Position numbers and translations under genes: made by a program
The notes under the pieces: generated by a model
Told to the model about the DNA's origin: nothing
What the model saw: only the letters and a program-made list of their open reading frames with translations
Database searches by the model: none
Virus record (IMG/VR): IMGVR_UViG_3300043410_000565
Coordinates: 92,236-156,235 of that record
Reading direction: 5' to 3' (one strand)
Length of the DNA stretch: 64,000 nucleotides
Origin: a virus
Lineage: Duplodnaviria; Heunggongvirae; Uroviricota; Caudoviricetes
Shown here: one piece after another, positions 1-9,656 of the stretch
Numbering within the stretch: position 1 is the stretch's first letter
Layout of the letters: every line of letters begins with the position of its first letter

Positions 1-698
1 CTAACATCAGAGGTTGTAACGGTTGGTCTTGCGGTAACGCTGATGCTCTATGTTTCCGTGGGTGTTCTGAACCTACAATGTTATGCTGGTGCGTGAGCGC
101 TTCTTGTAACGGATGTATGTGCGCCCAAGGTGGTATGGGTGGTTCAGCATTCTGTTCTACTACACCATCAATGTTCTGCTGCTTCGGTGGTAACGGTTTC
201 TGTACAACTAAAACCCTAAATGAAAACTGTGGCGTTGTTTGTAACTTCGGTACTGCTAGACCACATATTGCATGCGCTTATGGTGGCGATGTTAACTGCT
301 GTGGACAATTCAACTGTAAGAGTTTCTTCGGTTGCTACCCTAACTGCGTATGCCAATTCCAGCAACACATTTATGTCCCTCCAGGATTAATTGCCGACGG
401 TGGCGCTTGGGTTACATTTAACCACGAAGATACTGGATCATGGGAAACATGGACAGGTTCTGGTTTAGGTGGTTTCTTTACTGCCCTTGATGGTGCTTCT
501 AAGAACCCAACTGCTGGCCACCCATATTCAGCTTGCTGGACTGGTAACAGAGCTTGCGGTTGCTACGAAGCAATGGGATGTATTGGTTTTATTCCAACTG
601 GTATTGGTGGCGTTGGTACTAATGCTTGTCCAGATCACAGAACTCATGGTTATCGTGGTGGTCAAGGTGCTGTTCGTATTAAATTTATTGCGGGATAA
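1..698 (+). CDS. Cysteine/glycine-rich protein, 5'-truncated by the window edge (frame open from nt 3). It is a paralog of 702..1679.
   Basis: The open frame continues upstream of the window. About 13% Cys with repeated CxxC, CC and CAYGGDVN motifs. The C-terminal motif GGQGAVRIKFIAG is shared with the next gene. Confidence 0.6.
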   Translation, partial: NIRGCNGWSCGNADALCFRGCSEPTMLCWCVSASCNGCMCAQGGMGGSAFCSTTPSMFCCFGGNGFCTTKTLNENCGVVCNFGTARPHIACAYGGDVNCCGQFNCKSFFGCYPNCVCQFQQHIYVPPGLIADGGAWVTFNHEDTGSWETWTGSGLGGFFTALDGASKNPTAGHPYSACWTGNRACGCYEAMGCIGFIPTGIGGVGTNACPDHRTHGYRGGQGAVRIKFIAG

Positions 699-701
699 AA
701 C

Positions 702-1679
702 ATGGCGATTTCATTAAAATCAGCTTTACGAGATAGACATCCACAGGATTCTAGAATCGAAGAAAACTTAGAAACAGGTACAATTTACATGTACACTGGT
801 GGTTCATCTAGCGCCAACTTATGGAGTGGCTTCTGCTGGAGAGCTCCTGCGAACGGTACAGCTGTAATCGAAGCATGGGGTGCTGGTGGTCCAGGATCCC
901 GTATGTGCTGCTGCGGCTTCGGTCTTCCAGGAAACTCTGGAGCCTATGTAAAGAAAACTATTAGCGTAACAACTGGTTGTTACGTTTGTGGTACAACTGG
1001 TAACCCACCTTGTTCATCTGCCTTATGTTTCCAAGGTTGCGGCGATTCAACTGGTCTTTGCTGGTTCGGTAATTCTGGAGCTTCTGGTTGTATCTGTGCT
1101 GAAGGTGGTAAAGGTAGTGTATCTATCTGTTCTACTGGTAACTCAATGTACTGTTGCTTTATTGCTGCAGGTTTCTGTGGCAACAGAAAGAACCTATCAG
1201 ACTATTGTGGTATCTTATGTAACTACTGCTCTGGTATGTGGATCGGTTGCGCCTATGGCGGCGATGTAAATAAAAACAGTTTATTCAGCTGCGTTGAAAC
1301 ACGTCAATGTTTGGGTAACTGTCAATGTTACTTCATTACTCACGTGCCTGTTCCAGCTGGTTTATTCACAACAGATGGCAGTTGGGTAATTTATGAGGCT
1401 GACTCTGATGGTGGTGATGCACCAGGTCACTGGTCTGGTAACCAATACCCATCGTTTATTTCTGCTATGAGTTCTCTATCTAGAAACCCTAAGCGTGGTT
1501 CTCATAAATATTCTTGCTGGCGTTCTGATAAGGTCTGCGGATGTTATGAAATGGTTGGTTGCTCTCCATTGCTACCTATTGGTGTTGGTGGTCTACCACC
1601 ACAGCCGTGCGGTGACGTGCGTGACCAGGGATTCCGTGGCGGATGGGGTGCTGTTCGTATCAAATTTATTGCAAGTTAA
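702..1679 (+). CDS. Cysteine/glycine-rich protein, a tandem paralog of the preceding gene and possibly virion or fiber associated.
   Basis: 325 aa with more than 10% Cys. It shares a roughly 150-aa C-terminal domain with the upstream gene (CAYGGDVN ... CGCYE ... GAVRIKFIAS). Starts on an ATG 3 nt after the upstream stop. Confidence 0.65.
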   Translation: MAISLKSALRDRHPQDSRIEENLETGTIYMYTGGSSSANLWSGFCWRAPANGTAVIEAWGAGGPGSRMCCCGFGLPGNSGAYVKKTISVTTGCYVCGTTGNPPCSSALCFQGCGDSTGLCWFGNSGASGCICAEGGKGSVSICSTGNSMYCCFIAAGFCGNRKNLSDYCGILCNYCSGMWIGCAYGGDVNKNSLFSCVETRQCLGNCQCYFITHVPVPAGLFTTDGSWVIYEADSDGGDAPGHWSGNQYPSFISAMSSLSRNPKRGSHKYSCWRSDKVCGCYEMVGCSPLLPIGVGGLPPQPCGDVRDQGFRGGWGAVRIKFIAS

Positions 1680-1696
1680 TTAAAGGATAATTTAAC

Positions 1697-2323
1697 ATGA
1701 AAAAGAATTTTACATTCGTTCTTCCAGACGAACCGTATACAAATAAAACTACATTGAACAATGTTATCAATGCAGTTTACGAAGGACCAAAGTATCTGAT
1801 TTGTAGAGTTAATAAAACTACTCGAATCGTAGAAGGTGTTGTGCGCGAAGCTGATGACCTAGAAACTTTGGCAAATACTCCAGCAGAAGAAGGTTATGAT
1901 CACATTACTCTTAATGCTGACGTGAATACATTTGAAGCTGCGTATTTGACTGATTACTATACTCACGATGTAATCGAAGATCCAACATTCATCCTACCAC
2001 GTGGTTTGGGTGAGTGGACTTATCATTATGACGATTACACTGGTGGTATTAACCAAGCATTCTATCAGTTTACTCTAAAGTTCCAAAATAACGTTTTCTC
2101 TAAACCTGAGTACCGTTTGCACGCTCTTACTCGTGAAAGCGTAATGGCTGGTTCAAAAGTTACAGCAAAAGCTATTAGAGACTCTTTGAAGAATAGCGAT
2201 CACTCAACTGAAGATCGTACTACTTTGGAAGAATACGCTACATGGTTGGAAAACCTAGAAGAGACGTACCACGACGTTGAACACTGGAAGATTCCTTTCC
2301 CAACTACTGTGCCTAAGTATTAA
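1697..2323 (+). CDS. Hypothetical protein
   Basis: 208-aa ORF with RBS AAGGA, immediately followed by a strong intrinsic terminator. Confidence 0.6.
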   Translation: MKKNFTFVLPDEPYTNKTTLNNVINAVYEGPKYLICRVNKTTRIVEGVVREADDLETLANTPAEEGYDHITLNADVNTFEAAYLTDYYTHDVIEDPTFILPRGLGEWTYHYDDYTGGINQAFYQFTLKFQNNVFSKPEYRLHALTRESVMAGSKVTAKAIRDSLKNSDHSTEDRTTLEEYATWLENLEETYHDVEHWKIPFPTTVPKY

Positions 2324-2326
2324 AAC

Positions 2327-2351
2327 AAAGCCCTCTTCGGAGGGCTTTTTA
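2327..2351 (+). terminator. Rho-independent terminator (AAAGCCCTC-TTCG-GAGGGCTTT plus a T run)
   Basis: Perfect 9-bp GC-rich stem with a TTCG tetraloop, followed by TTTTT. Confidence 0.6.
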
Positions 2352-2402
2352 ATTAGCCTATATAATATATCTGAACTGAAGTTCGTTATTGTGGAGATAA
2401 AA

Positions 2403-3350
2403 TTGGAAATTACAAAAAGACCTAAAGCATTTTTTATGAATGGTGGCGCTGGCAGACTATTATGCTCTATCCCAGCCTTTGAAAAGTATGAACAGGAATC
2501 TGGTGATAAAGACTTTATCATTGTGTGCGAAGGTGGCACAGATGTATTTAAAGGTCACCCAACCCTTGATGCCCGTACCTATGACATTTGGCACAAAGGT
2601 TTATTCCAAGATAAGTTAAAACACATGGACATCATGTCCCCTGAACCATATAGAGTTTGGGAATACTACAATCAAAAGTGTAACTTATCCCAAGCATTTG
2701 ATATTGAAATCAACAAAAAAGGTGTTAGAGATTTACCTAAACCTACACTTCGTTTGTCAAAAGAAGAGCTTCTTACTGCTCGCGAGTTGATTGCCAATAT
2801 CAAGAAACAAATCAAAAAAGAAAAGGTTATCGTGTTCCAACCATTCGGTCGTGGAATCACGCAGAAGGATGGTTCATTCGTTGACCCTTCTAACCGCAGT
2901 TTTGAGTTTAAAGATGTAAAAGCTATTATTAAGAAGTTACAACAAAAAGACTTTGGTGTAATTATGATGGCTGAGTTTGGTATTGACCTTAAAGGTGAAA
3001 ACCTAAAGGATGACGTTGCAATGCCAGAAATCCCAAGCATTAGAGTTTGGGCTGCTGTTATTAAATACGCAGATTATTTCTTAGGTTGCGACAGTCTTGG
3101 TCAACACTTAGCATATGCTGTTGGTAAGAAAGCAACTGTTGTTACTGGTCCAACAGACCCTATAAATATCACGTATCCTAACTGTAAGGATTTTGATATT
3201 ATCGACATGGGTGAACTTGATCGCGAATATGAACCGATTCGTATCACTCAAGATGAACGTCTAATGCGTAAGCATGAGTTGATCATGACTATGACCGATG
3301 ATATTGTAAATATTGTTATTAACTCTGTTATGGGAAAGAAAACTAAATGA
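2403..3350 (+). CDS. Glycosyltransferase family 9 (ADP-heptose:LPS heptosyltransferase-like). The start is uncertain: TTG 2403 behind GGAG, or ATG 2436.
   Basis: N-terminal GGAGRLLCSIPAF, QPFGRG, and a C-terminal DSLGQHLAYAVGKKATVVTGPTDP nucleotide-sugar binding motif, all typical of GT9 WaaC/WaaF-like enzymes. Confidence 0.6.
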   Translation: MEITKRPKAFFMNGGAGRLLCSIPAFEKYEQESGDKDFIIVCEGGTDVFKGHPTLDARTYDIWHKGLFQDKLKHMDIMSPEPYRVWEYYNQKCNLSQAFDIEINKKGVRDLPKPTLRLSKEELLTARELIANIKKQIKKEKVIVFQPFGRGITQKDGSFVDPSNRSFEFKDVKAIIKKLQQKDFGVIMMAEFGIDLKGENLKDDVAMPEIPSIRVWAAVIKYADYFLGCDSLGQHLAYAVGKKATVVTGPTDPINITYPNCKDFDIIDMGELDREYEPIRITQDERLMRKHELIMTMTDDIVNIVINSVMGKKTK

Positions 3351-5203
3351 GTGAAGTAAAAACTGGATTACCCTTGAAGACTGGTTATATTGCGGCAATT
3401 GCCCGTGGTCATAACGCAGGTGTTTGTTTGCTTAAAGATGGCAAGGTAGTTTTCTCTATTGAAGAAGAACGTTTGTCTCGCCGCAAATATGATGGTGGAC
3501 CATACGCATCAATGGTTAAGATTTTGGAATATACTGACAAGATCGACTACTTGGTAATTGCCCACACCCAATCCCTAAACGAATCTGCAGGTCGTGTTGA
3601 CTTCTCAGGTGATGACGTTTATACTGGTCTTGCTAGAAAGTTAGGTCTTATTGACCGTAACGTGTTTGGACCACACCCTCAAGTTGTTGACTTGAGTTTC
3701 ATGCACCATAAGTTACACGCTGCTTGTGCATTCTACCGTTCTGGTTGGGAAGACGCTGTTGCTCTTATCGTAGACGGTGCTGGTACTTTTATTGGCATGA
3801 ACGTAAACAACAACCCGATTACTGTTTGGGAAGTTGAGTCTATCGTAGACTGCGCATATCCTTCTAACTTTACAACTCTGTACAAACACTACGGTACTCG
3901 TGAGCCAGTCCCAGGTGCTTTGACTAGATTAGATTCAGCTATGTTTGGTGAACATGGTTCTACGCACGAAGCGTTGATTACTGATCGCGCTGGTATCGTT
4001 AAAGTGTATGAAGCTGTAACTGAGTATTGCGGTTGGTCTAGTATTGAGGCTGGTAAGACTATGGGGCTATTCCCATATGGCGTTGAGAACCCAGCAATTC
4101 CAAAGTTGTTTGAGACTAACAGTATTGCTCCACTATCAAACCGTAACTTGATTGTTCCAACATACCCTAACGGTGCTCGAGTAAACGGTGAATTGTTTGA
4201 GTTCTTGAAGACTGACGATTCTTGCGTTGTTGAAGAATGTGATGATTGTTCTTGCGGACCAAAGGAAGACGTAACTCTCCTACAAAACCGCAGAGATCTA
4301 GCATACGCTTGTCAAACTCAAACCCAGGAACAAGTTGTTGCTTTGATTAGAAAAGCTGCAGAAATGTCTGGTAAGAAGCGTGTCGTTATTAGCGGTGGAT
4401 ATGGTTTAAACTGCGTTGCTAATTACCACTACCTAGAAGCATTGAAAAATGATGGTATCGAGATTTATTGTGAACCAGTTTCTAATGATGCAGGTACTGC
4501 TCTTGGCGCAGCATTAATGTTCCACCGTGGTATTACACACGACATGGAAGTTGAACAACGTGCTGATACTTTATATCTTGGACCAAAGTATGATTATAGC
4601 GAAGCTGATATTAAAGCAATCGCTGACAAATATGAAGCTGAAGTTCTTGATGCCACTCACGCTGATATCGTTGAATTGTTGATTAAGAAAAACATCGTTG
4701 CTCAATTCCAAGGTCGTTCAGAAAATGGTCCACGAGCTTTGGGTAACCGTTCGTTCTTGTTTGATCCACGATTTGAAGATGGTAAAGACTTCGTGAATAG
4801 TGTTAAGCACCGCGAATACTTCCGCCCATTCGCTGGTTCTATTCTTGAAGAACACGCTCACGAGTGGTTCGATCTTCGTGGTATGAAGTCATCGCCAACT
4901 ATGATGTATGCTGTAAACTGTCAGCCAGGGATCGAAGAAAAGATTCCTTCTATCATTCACGTTGATGGTACTTGCCGTATTCAAACTGTTACTCCAGAGC
5001 AGAACAAGCACTACTATGACTTGATCAAAGAGTTCCATAATAAGACTGGAACACCTATCTTGTTCAACACCAGTTTTAACTTAGGTGGCGACCCTCTAGT
5101 GGAAACCCTAGAAGATGCAGTTGCTACTTTAGCTAAGAGTGAAGTTGAATATCTCTACCTGCCAGAATACAGCAAATTAATCAAAGTTTCTAACTACGAA
5201 TAA
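3347..5203 (+). CDS. Carbamoyltransferase (NodU/CmcH family)
   Basis: 618 aa. The N-terminal GHNAGVCLLKDGKVVFSIEEERLSRRK and HHKLHAACAFYRSGWEDAVALIVDGAGT motifs are typical of NodU/CmcH O-carbamoyltransferases. ATGA overlap with the upstream gene. Confidence 0.75.
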   Translation: MSEVKTGLPLKTGYIAAIARGHNAGVCLLKDGKVVFSIEEERLSRRKYDGGPYASMVKILEYTDKIDYLVIAHTQSLNESAGRVDFSGDDVYTGLARKLGLIDRNVFGPHPQVVDLSFMHHKLHAACAFYRSGWEDAVALIVDGAGTFIGMNVNNNPITVWEVESIVDCAYPSNFTTLYKHYGTREPVPGALTRLDSAMFGEHGSTHEALITDRAGIVKVYEAVTEYCGWSSIEAGKTMGLFPYGVENPAIPKLFETNSIAPLSNRNLIVPTYPNGARVNGELFEFLKTDDSCVVEECDDCSCGPKEDVTLLQNRRDLAYACQTQTQEQVVALIRKAAEMSGKKRVVISGGYGLNCVANYHYLEALKNDGIEIYCEPVSNDAGTALGAALMFHRGITHDMEVEQRADTLYLGPKYDYSEADIKAIADKYEAEVLDATHADIVELLIKKNIVAQFQGRSENGPRALGNRSFLFDPRFEDGKDFVNSVKHREYFRPFAGSILEEHAHEWFDLRGMKSSPTMMYAVNCQPGIEEKIPSIIHVDGTCRIQTVTPEQNKHYYDLIKEFHNKTGTPILFNTSFNLGGDPLVETLEDAVATLAKSEVEYLYLPEYSKLIKVSNYE

Positions 5204-5204
5204 T

Positions 5205-5570
5205 ATGCGTCTTGAAGGTAAGCAAGATAGAGGTTGGGGATACGAAGACATCTGGGTTACTAATGACAAATATTGCGGTAAAATGCTGCACTTTACTGTC
5301 GGTAAGAAACTCAGTATGCACTTCCATCGGGAAAAGGAAGAAACTTGGTTCGTTATAAACGGCAAGTTTCTTGTCCGATATATCACCACCCAAGACGGTG
5401 AACTCCATGAAATGGTATTAGAGCCAGGAGATGTTTGGCATAGCCCAGCTCTATTACCACACCAAGTTTATTGTATGGAAGCTGGGGTTATTTGCGAAGT
5501 TTCTACCGCAGACTCGGAAGAAGATAATTTCATAGTAATGCCAGGAGACGTGCAACAAAGTTCAATGTAG
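5205..5570 (+). CDS. Cupin-fold protein
   Basis: Cupin motifs G(x)5HxH(x)3E(x)6G (SMHFHREKEETWFVINGKF) and PGDVWHSP. Confidence 0.6.
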   Translation: MRLEGKQDRGWGYEDIWVTNDKYCGKMLHFTVGKKLSMHFHREKEETWFVINGKFLVRYITTQDGELHEMVLEPGDVWHSPALLPHQVYCMEAGVICEVSTADSEEDNFIVMPGDVQQSSM

Positions 5571-5578
5571 TATAAATA
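5571..5578 (+). promoter_or_regulatory. T4-type late promoter TATAAATA upstream of the neck gene
   Basis: Exact TATAAATA about 30 nt upstream of the 5609 start codon. Confidence 0.5.
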
Positions 5579-5608
5579 TACAATAAGAACATAACTTGGA
5601 TACTCAAA

Positions 5609-6574
5609 ATGGCTGTTGCGTCAAGAGAACAACTAAAACAATATGCACTCCGTGCCCTTGGTGCGCCAGTGTTAGAAATTAACGTCGCAGACGAGCAATT
5701 AGAAGATCGTCTAGACGAAGCGTTAGATTACTGGAACCTATACCACTACGAAGGTGTAGAACAGATGTATTTGAAGCACCGTATTCGTGCTTCCACTCTA
5801 AACCTTCAATCTAATAACGGTACAGATTTCGTTATTGCCGAGAATATTACAGGTGCCACTTCTGGCGCAACTGCACAAGTTTGCCGCGAAGAAGGTAGCC
5901 AGCCAATCGACGCTAAGATCTACGTTAGAAATGTAGTCGGTACATTCGTTGCTGGAGAAACAATCAACGGTTCTTCTGGTCACACTGGCACTTTAGCAGC
6001 TACAAATCCAGTTACTCTTGGCGAGTACGATTTAAAATATGTTACAACGCCAGACTATGTTTACGGTGTTACAAAGTTATTCAATATCGGTCAAGCATCG
6101 TCATCTAAAAATATCTTCGATTTACAATACCAACTTCGCTTAAACGACTTATACGACCTTACTTCTACATCTATCGTATATTACAAAACAGTGATGTCGC
6201 ACTTAGCGATGCTTGACCTTGAATTAAATGGTCACCCTCTATATCGTTTCAACCGTCTACAGAATAGATTGTACCTTGATGTAAACTGGGAAACTGATAT
6301 CATCATCGGTGACTATATTCTTGTGCAAGGATATAGAGCTTTGAACCCCGCTGACTTCACCAAAGTGTATGGTGAGCCATGGTTGAAGCACTATGTAACT
6401 GCCCTCTTCAAACGCCAATGGGCATTGAACATTAAAAAGTTCTCTGGTCTACAATTACCAGGTGGTGTAACACTCGATGGCGATAAGCTATATGCTGAAG
6501 CCACTAAAGAGATTGCTGATCTAGAAGATGAATTGAGAACAAAGTCTGCCCCGTTAGATTTCTTCTTGGGGTAA
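5609..6574 (+). CDS. 13: Neck protein gp13
   Basis: The N-terminus (LRALGAPVLEINVADEQLEDRLDEALDYWNLYH) and C-terminus (LPGGVTLDGDKLYAEA...DFFLG) align with T4 gp13. Confidence 0.85.
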   Translation: MAVASREQLKQYALRALGAPVLEINVADEQLEDRLDEALDYWNLYHYEGVEQMYLKHRIRASTLNLQSNNGTDFVIAENITGATSGATAQVCREEGSQPIDAKIYVRNVVGTFVAGETINGSSGHTGTLAATNPVTLGEYDLKYVTTPDYVYGVTKLFNIGQASSSKNIFDLQYQLRLNDLYDLTSTSIVYYKTVMSHLAMLDLELNGHPLYRFNRLQNRLYLDVNWETDIIIGDYILVQGYRALNPADFTKVYGEPWLKHYVTALFKRQWALNIKKFSGLQLPGGVTLDGDKLYAEATKEIADLEDELRTKSAPLDFFLG

Positions 6575-6577
6575 TTA

Positions 6578-7234
6578 ATGGCAACAAATCCATATTTCAC
6601 GCAAGGCACTTCTAACGAGCAAGATCTAATTGAAGACATCATCATTGAGTCTTTAAAGATCTACGGTAAGGATATGTTGTATATCCCAAGAACGCAAGTA
6701 TCTAATGATAGAATCTTCGGTGAAGACCGTCTATCAAAATTCGAGCACGCTTATCCAATCGAGATGTATTTTGATAATATCGAAAGCCTTGCTGGGCAAG
6801 GTGCTATGATTCAAAAGTTTGGTCTATTAATGGATCAATCTGCGACACTAACTGTTGCTCGTAAACGTTGGAATGATTTGATTGCAGTTCATGGAACAAC
6901 ATACCTATCAAATAGACCAAACGAAGGGGATTTAATTTATTACCCTTTAACTAAAGGTTTGTTTGAAATCAAATTCGTAAAACACCAAGAACCATTCTAT
7001 CAATTAGGTCGTCTGTATACTTACAAACTTGATGTTGAATTGTTCCAGTACTCTTCCGAGAAAATCAATACTGGCGTTCCAGAGATTGACATATTCGAAG
7101 ATCTTAAGACGTTCGACGTTACACAAAATACGGTTGAGGAAGCTACGGGCTTCGCTGATAACCAAACATTCAAAGATAAGGCAGTTTCTGAAAATGCGCT
7201 GTTCGATGAAGCTAACCCGTTCGGAGAAGTCTAA
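6578..7234 (+). CDS. 14: Neck protein gp14
   Basis: Position between gp13 and gp15, and size (218 aa). Confidence 0.65.
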   Translation: MATNPYFTQGTSNEQDLIEDIIIESLKIYGKDMLYIPRTQVSNDRIFGEDRLSKFEHAYPIEMYFDNIESLAGQGAMIQKFGLLMDQSATLTVARKRWNDLIAVHGTTYLSNRPNEGDLIYYPLTKGLFEIKFVKHQEPFYQLGRLYTYKLDVELFQYSSEKINTGVPEIDIFEDLKTFDVTQNTVEEATGFADNQTFKDKAVSENALFDEANPFGEV

Positions 7235-7998
7235 TGTTAAACAATAGCGTATTCTATCATGGTATTACACGAAAGTGTATCATCGGTTTTGGTCGTTTGT
7301 TTAGTAATATTTTTATCGACAGAAAAGCAATTGACCCTGTAAATGGTCAAAATATTCAACGTCTACACGTTCCTCTATCATATGCTCCTAAAGAAAAATG
7401 GTTAGTTCGTTTGGATGAAGATCCAACGTTAGAAAACCAAACTCTAACATCTCTTCCTAGAATGTCTTTTGAAATTATTGCGTACACTTACGACTCTCTG
7501 CGTAAAGTGAATCGTATGCAATTTATGAAAAATGACGCAGCTGGTGGAGAGACTAGCACTGCTATGGTTAGAACCCCTGTTCCATATAACATTGATATGT
7601 CTCTGTATATCGTTACAAAAACTCAAGAAGACGCTCTTCAAATTATTGAACAGATTCTTCCATGGTTCACCCCAGAATACTCTATGACAATTAATGCCGT
7701 AGATGATATGGGTATTAAACTAGATGTTCCAGTCGTTCTAAACTCAGTTATTGTATCAGACGAATTCGAAGGTACATTCCAAGAAAGACGTTTTGTAATT
7801 CACACTATCAACTTCCAAATGAAAGTCTCTCTATTTGGACCAATTTCTCAACAAGGTGTAATCTTGAATTCCAATGCTCATGTTTCTATGAGTATGAATG
7901 AGGGAGATAGCCCCGAGTCCCACTATCAAGCGACTGGCGAGTTCGGTCAAGATGGTGCACAAATTATTAATTCCGATGGGTGGCTAAACGAATTCTAA
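7234..7998 (+). CDS. 15: Tail sheath stabilizer / tail terminator gp15
   Basis: Synteny 13-14-15-17 and size (254 aa, T4 gp15 is about 270 aa). ATG overlaps the upstream stop. Confidence 0.6.
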   Translation: MLNNSVFYHGITRKCIIGFGRLFSNIFIDRKAIDPVNGQNIQRLHVPLSYAPKEKWLVRLDEDPTLENQTLTSLPRMSFEIIAYTYDSLRKVNRMQFMKNDAAGGETSTAMVRTPVPYNIDMSLYIVTKTQEDALQIIEQILPWFTPEYSMTINAVDDMGIKLDVPVVLNSVIVSDEFEGTFQERRFVIHTINFQMKVSLFGPISQQGVILNSNAHVSMSMNEGDSPESHYQATGEFGQDGAQIINSDGWLNEF

Positions 7999-8002
7999 AA
8001 TT

Positions 8003-9580
8003 ATGGCTGAAATTTATAATAGTAATGCGAACTTAAAAGCTGCTGGTATTACCTTCCAATTTACTCCTGCCCAAGTTCAGGAGTATCTTAAGTGCGCCCA
8101 AGACCCAATCTACTTTATCGAGAACTTCTGTTACATTGTTACACTTGACTACGGTTTAAAGCTGTTCAAGCTATACGATTGTCAAAAGAAGAAAATCGAC
8201 ATCATTCACAATAACCGTCGTGTTATTCTTATGGAAGGTCGTCAGCAAGGTAAGACGACTTCTTCTGCTGCCTACATTCTTTGGTACACCCTATTCCATG
8301 ATAACAAAACAGTTGCTATTCTAGCTAACAAAGCTGCAGCTGCCCGTGAAGTTTTGGATCGTTATCAAACGATGTATGAGAACCTACCTAAGTGGATGCA
8401 GCAAGGTGTTACTGGTTGGAACAAGGGTGACATTGAACTAGAAAACGGTTCAAAGGTATTCACTGCTGCTACTGGTAAGTCTGGTATTCGTGGTAAGTCT
8501 GTTAACATGCTATACGTTGACGAAGCTGCGATTATTCCAAACAACGTTGCCGAAGAATTCTTCACTGCGGTTTACCCAACTATTTCTGCGGGTCAAACAA
8601 CTAAGATTCTACTGTCTTCCACTCCACTAGGTTATAACCACTTCTGGCGTTTCTGGAATGATGCTGAGAACGACCGTAATGGTTTCGTTCCATTGTTTAT
8701 TCCATACTGGGAAATCCCAGGACGTGATGCAGCTTGGGCTGAAGAACAGAAGCGTATGCTTGGTGAGCTCAAGTTCAACCAAGAGGTTTTATGTAACTTC
8801 CTAGGTTCTAGCTTAACGCTAATCCGTGCCGACGTTATTGCTAAGATGTCCGTTGATCAGCCTATCTTAAGCAAGGATGGTTTAGACGTATTCCAAAGAC
8901 CACAGAAGAATCACACTTATTGTGGTGTTATTGATATTGCAGCTGGCGTGGAAGGTGACTCTTCTACAATTCAGATGATTGACATTACTGAAACGCCATA
9001 TCGTATCGTAGCGAAATATAAGAGGAATGACATTACACCGTTGTTGTTCCCAACTGTAATTTTCAAAGTCGCGACGGAATACAATAACGCATTTATCTTA
9101 ATTGAAACTAACGTCTCTGACCAAGTGGCTCAGATTATGCACCAAGAACTAGAGTATGAGAATATTCTTATGGTGTCCAGAGCTAACGGTGTGCAGTCTA
9201 TCGGTGGTGGTTTCGGCGGACAGAAGTCTCAGTTAGGTGTTAATACTGACAAACGTGTAAAACGCATCGGTTGTCACAATTTCAAGGCTATGGTTGAAGA
9301 AGATAAACTCTTAATCAATGACCCTGATACTATTTCTGAAATCTCTACATTTATTGAAAAACGTGGCTCTTATGAAGCCGACGAAGGTTATCATGACGAC
9401 TTGGTTATGCCTTTGGTTCTATTTGGATGGCTTACAACTCAAAGTTATTTCAAAGAACTAAATAACATTAACATGCGTAAGATTATGTACGAAAAGCAAA
9501 TTAAGGCTATCGAAGAAGATTTGACTCCGTTTGGATTCTATGATGACGGTAAACCTGAAGCCGATCCTTTGAATTTTTGA
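8003..9580 (+). CDS. 17: Terminase large subunit gp17
   Basis: Walker A GRQQGKTT, ILANKAAAAREVLDR, WNKGDIELENGS and a C-terminal nuclease motif EEGYHDDLVMPLVLFGWL all align with T4 gp17. The protein is about 85 aa shorter at the N-terminus than T4 gp17. Confidence 0.9.
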   Translation: MAEIYNSNANLKAAGITFQFTPAQVQEYLKCAQDPIYFIENFCYIVTLDYGLKLFKLYDCQKKKIDIIHNNRRVILMEGRQQGKTTSSAAYILWYTLFHDNKTVAILANKAAAAREVLDRYQTMYENLPKWMQQGVTGWNKGDIELENGSKVFTAATGKSGIRGKSVNMLYVDEAAIIPNNVAEEFFTAVYPTISAGQTTKILLSSTPLGYNHFWRFWNDAENDRNGFVPLFIPYWEIPGRDAAWAEEQKRMLGELKFNQEVLCNFLGSSLTLIRADVIAKMSVDQPILSKDGLDVFQRPQKNHTYCGVIDIAAGVEGDSSTIQMIDITETPYRIVAKYKRNDITPLLFPTVIFKVATEYNNAFILIETNVSDQVAQIMHQELEYENILMVSRANGVQSIGGGFGGQKSQLGVNTDKRVKRIGCHNFKAMVEEDKLLINDPDTISEISTFIEKRGSYEADEGYHDDLVMPLVLFGWLTTQSYFKELNNINMRKIMYEKQIKAIEEDLTPFGFYDDGKPEADPLNF

Positions 9581-9656
9581 GTGAAAACAACTAAAAACTA
9601 AATAAAATTGTAGACAGTTTTTGTCTAGGCAATCATTATAAACAAGGAGAACAACA

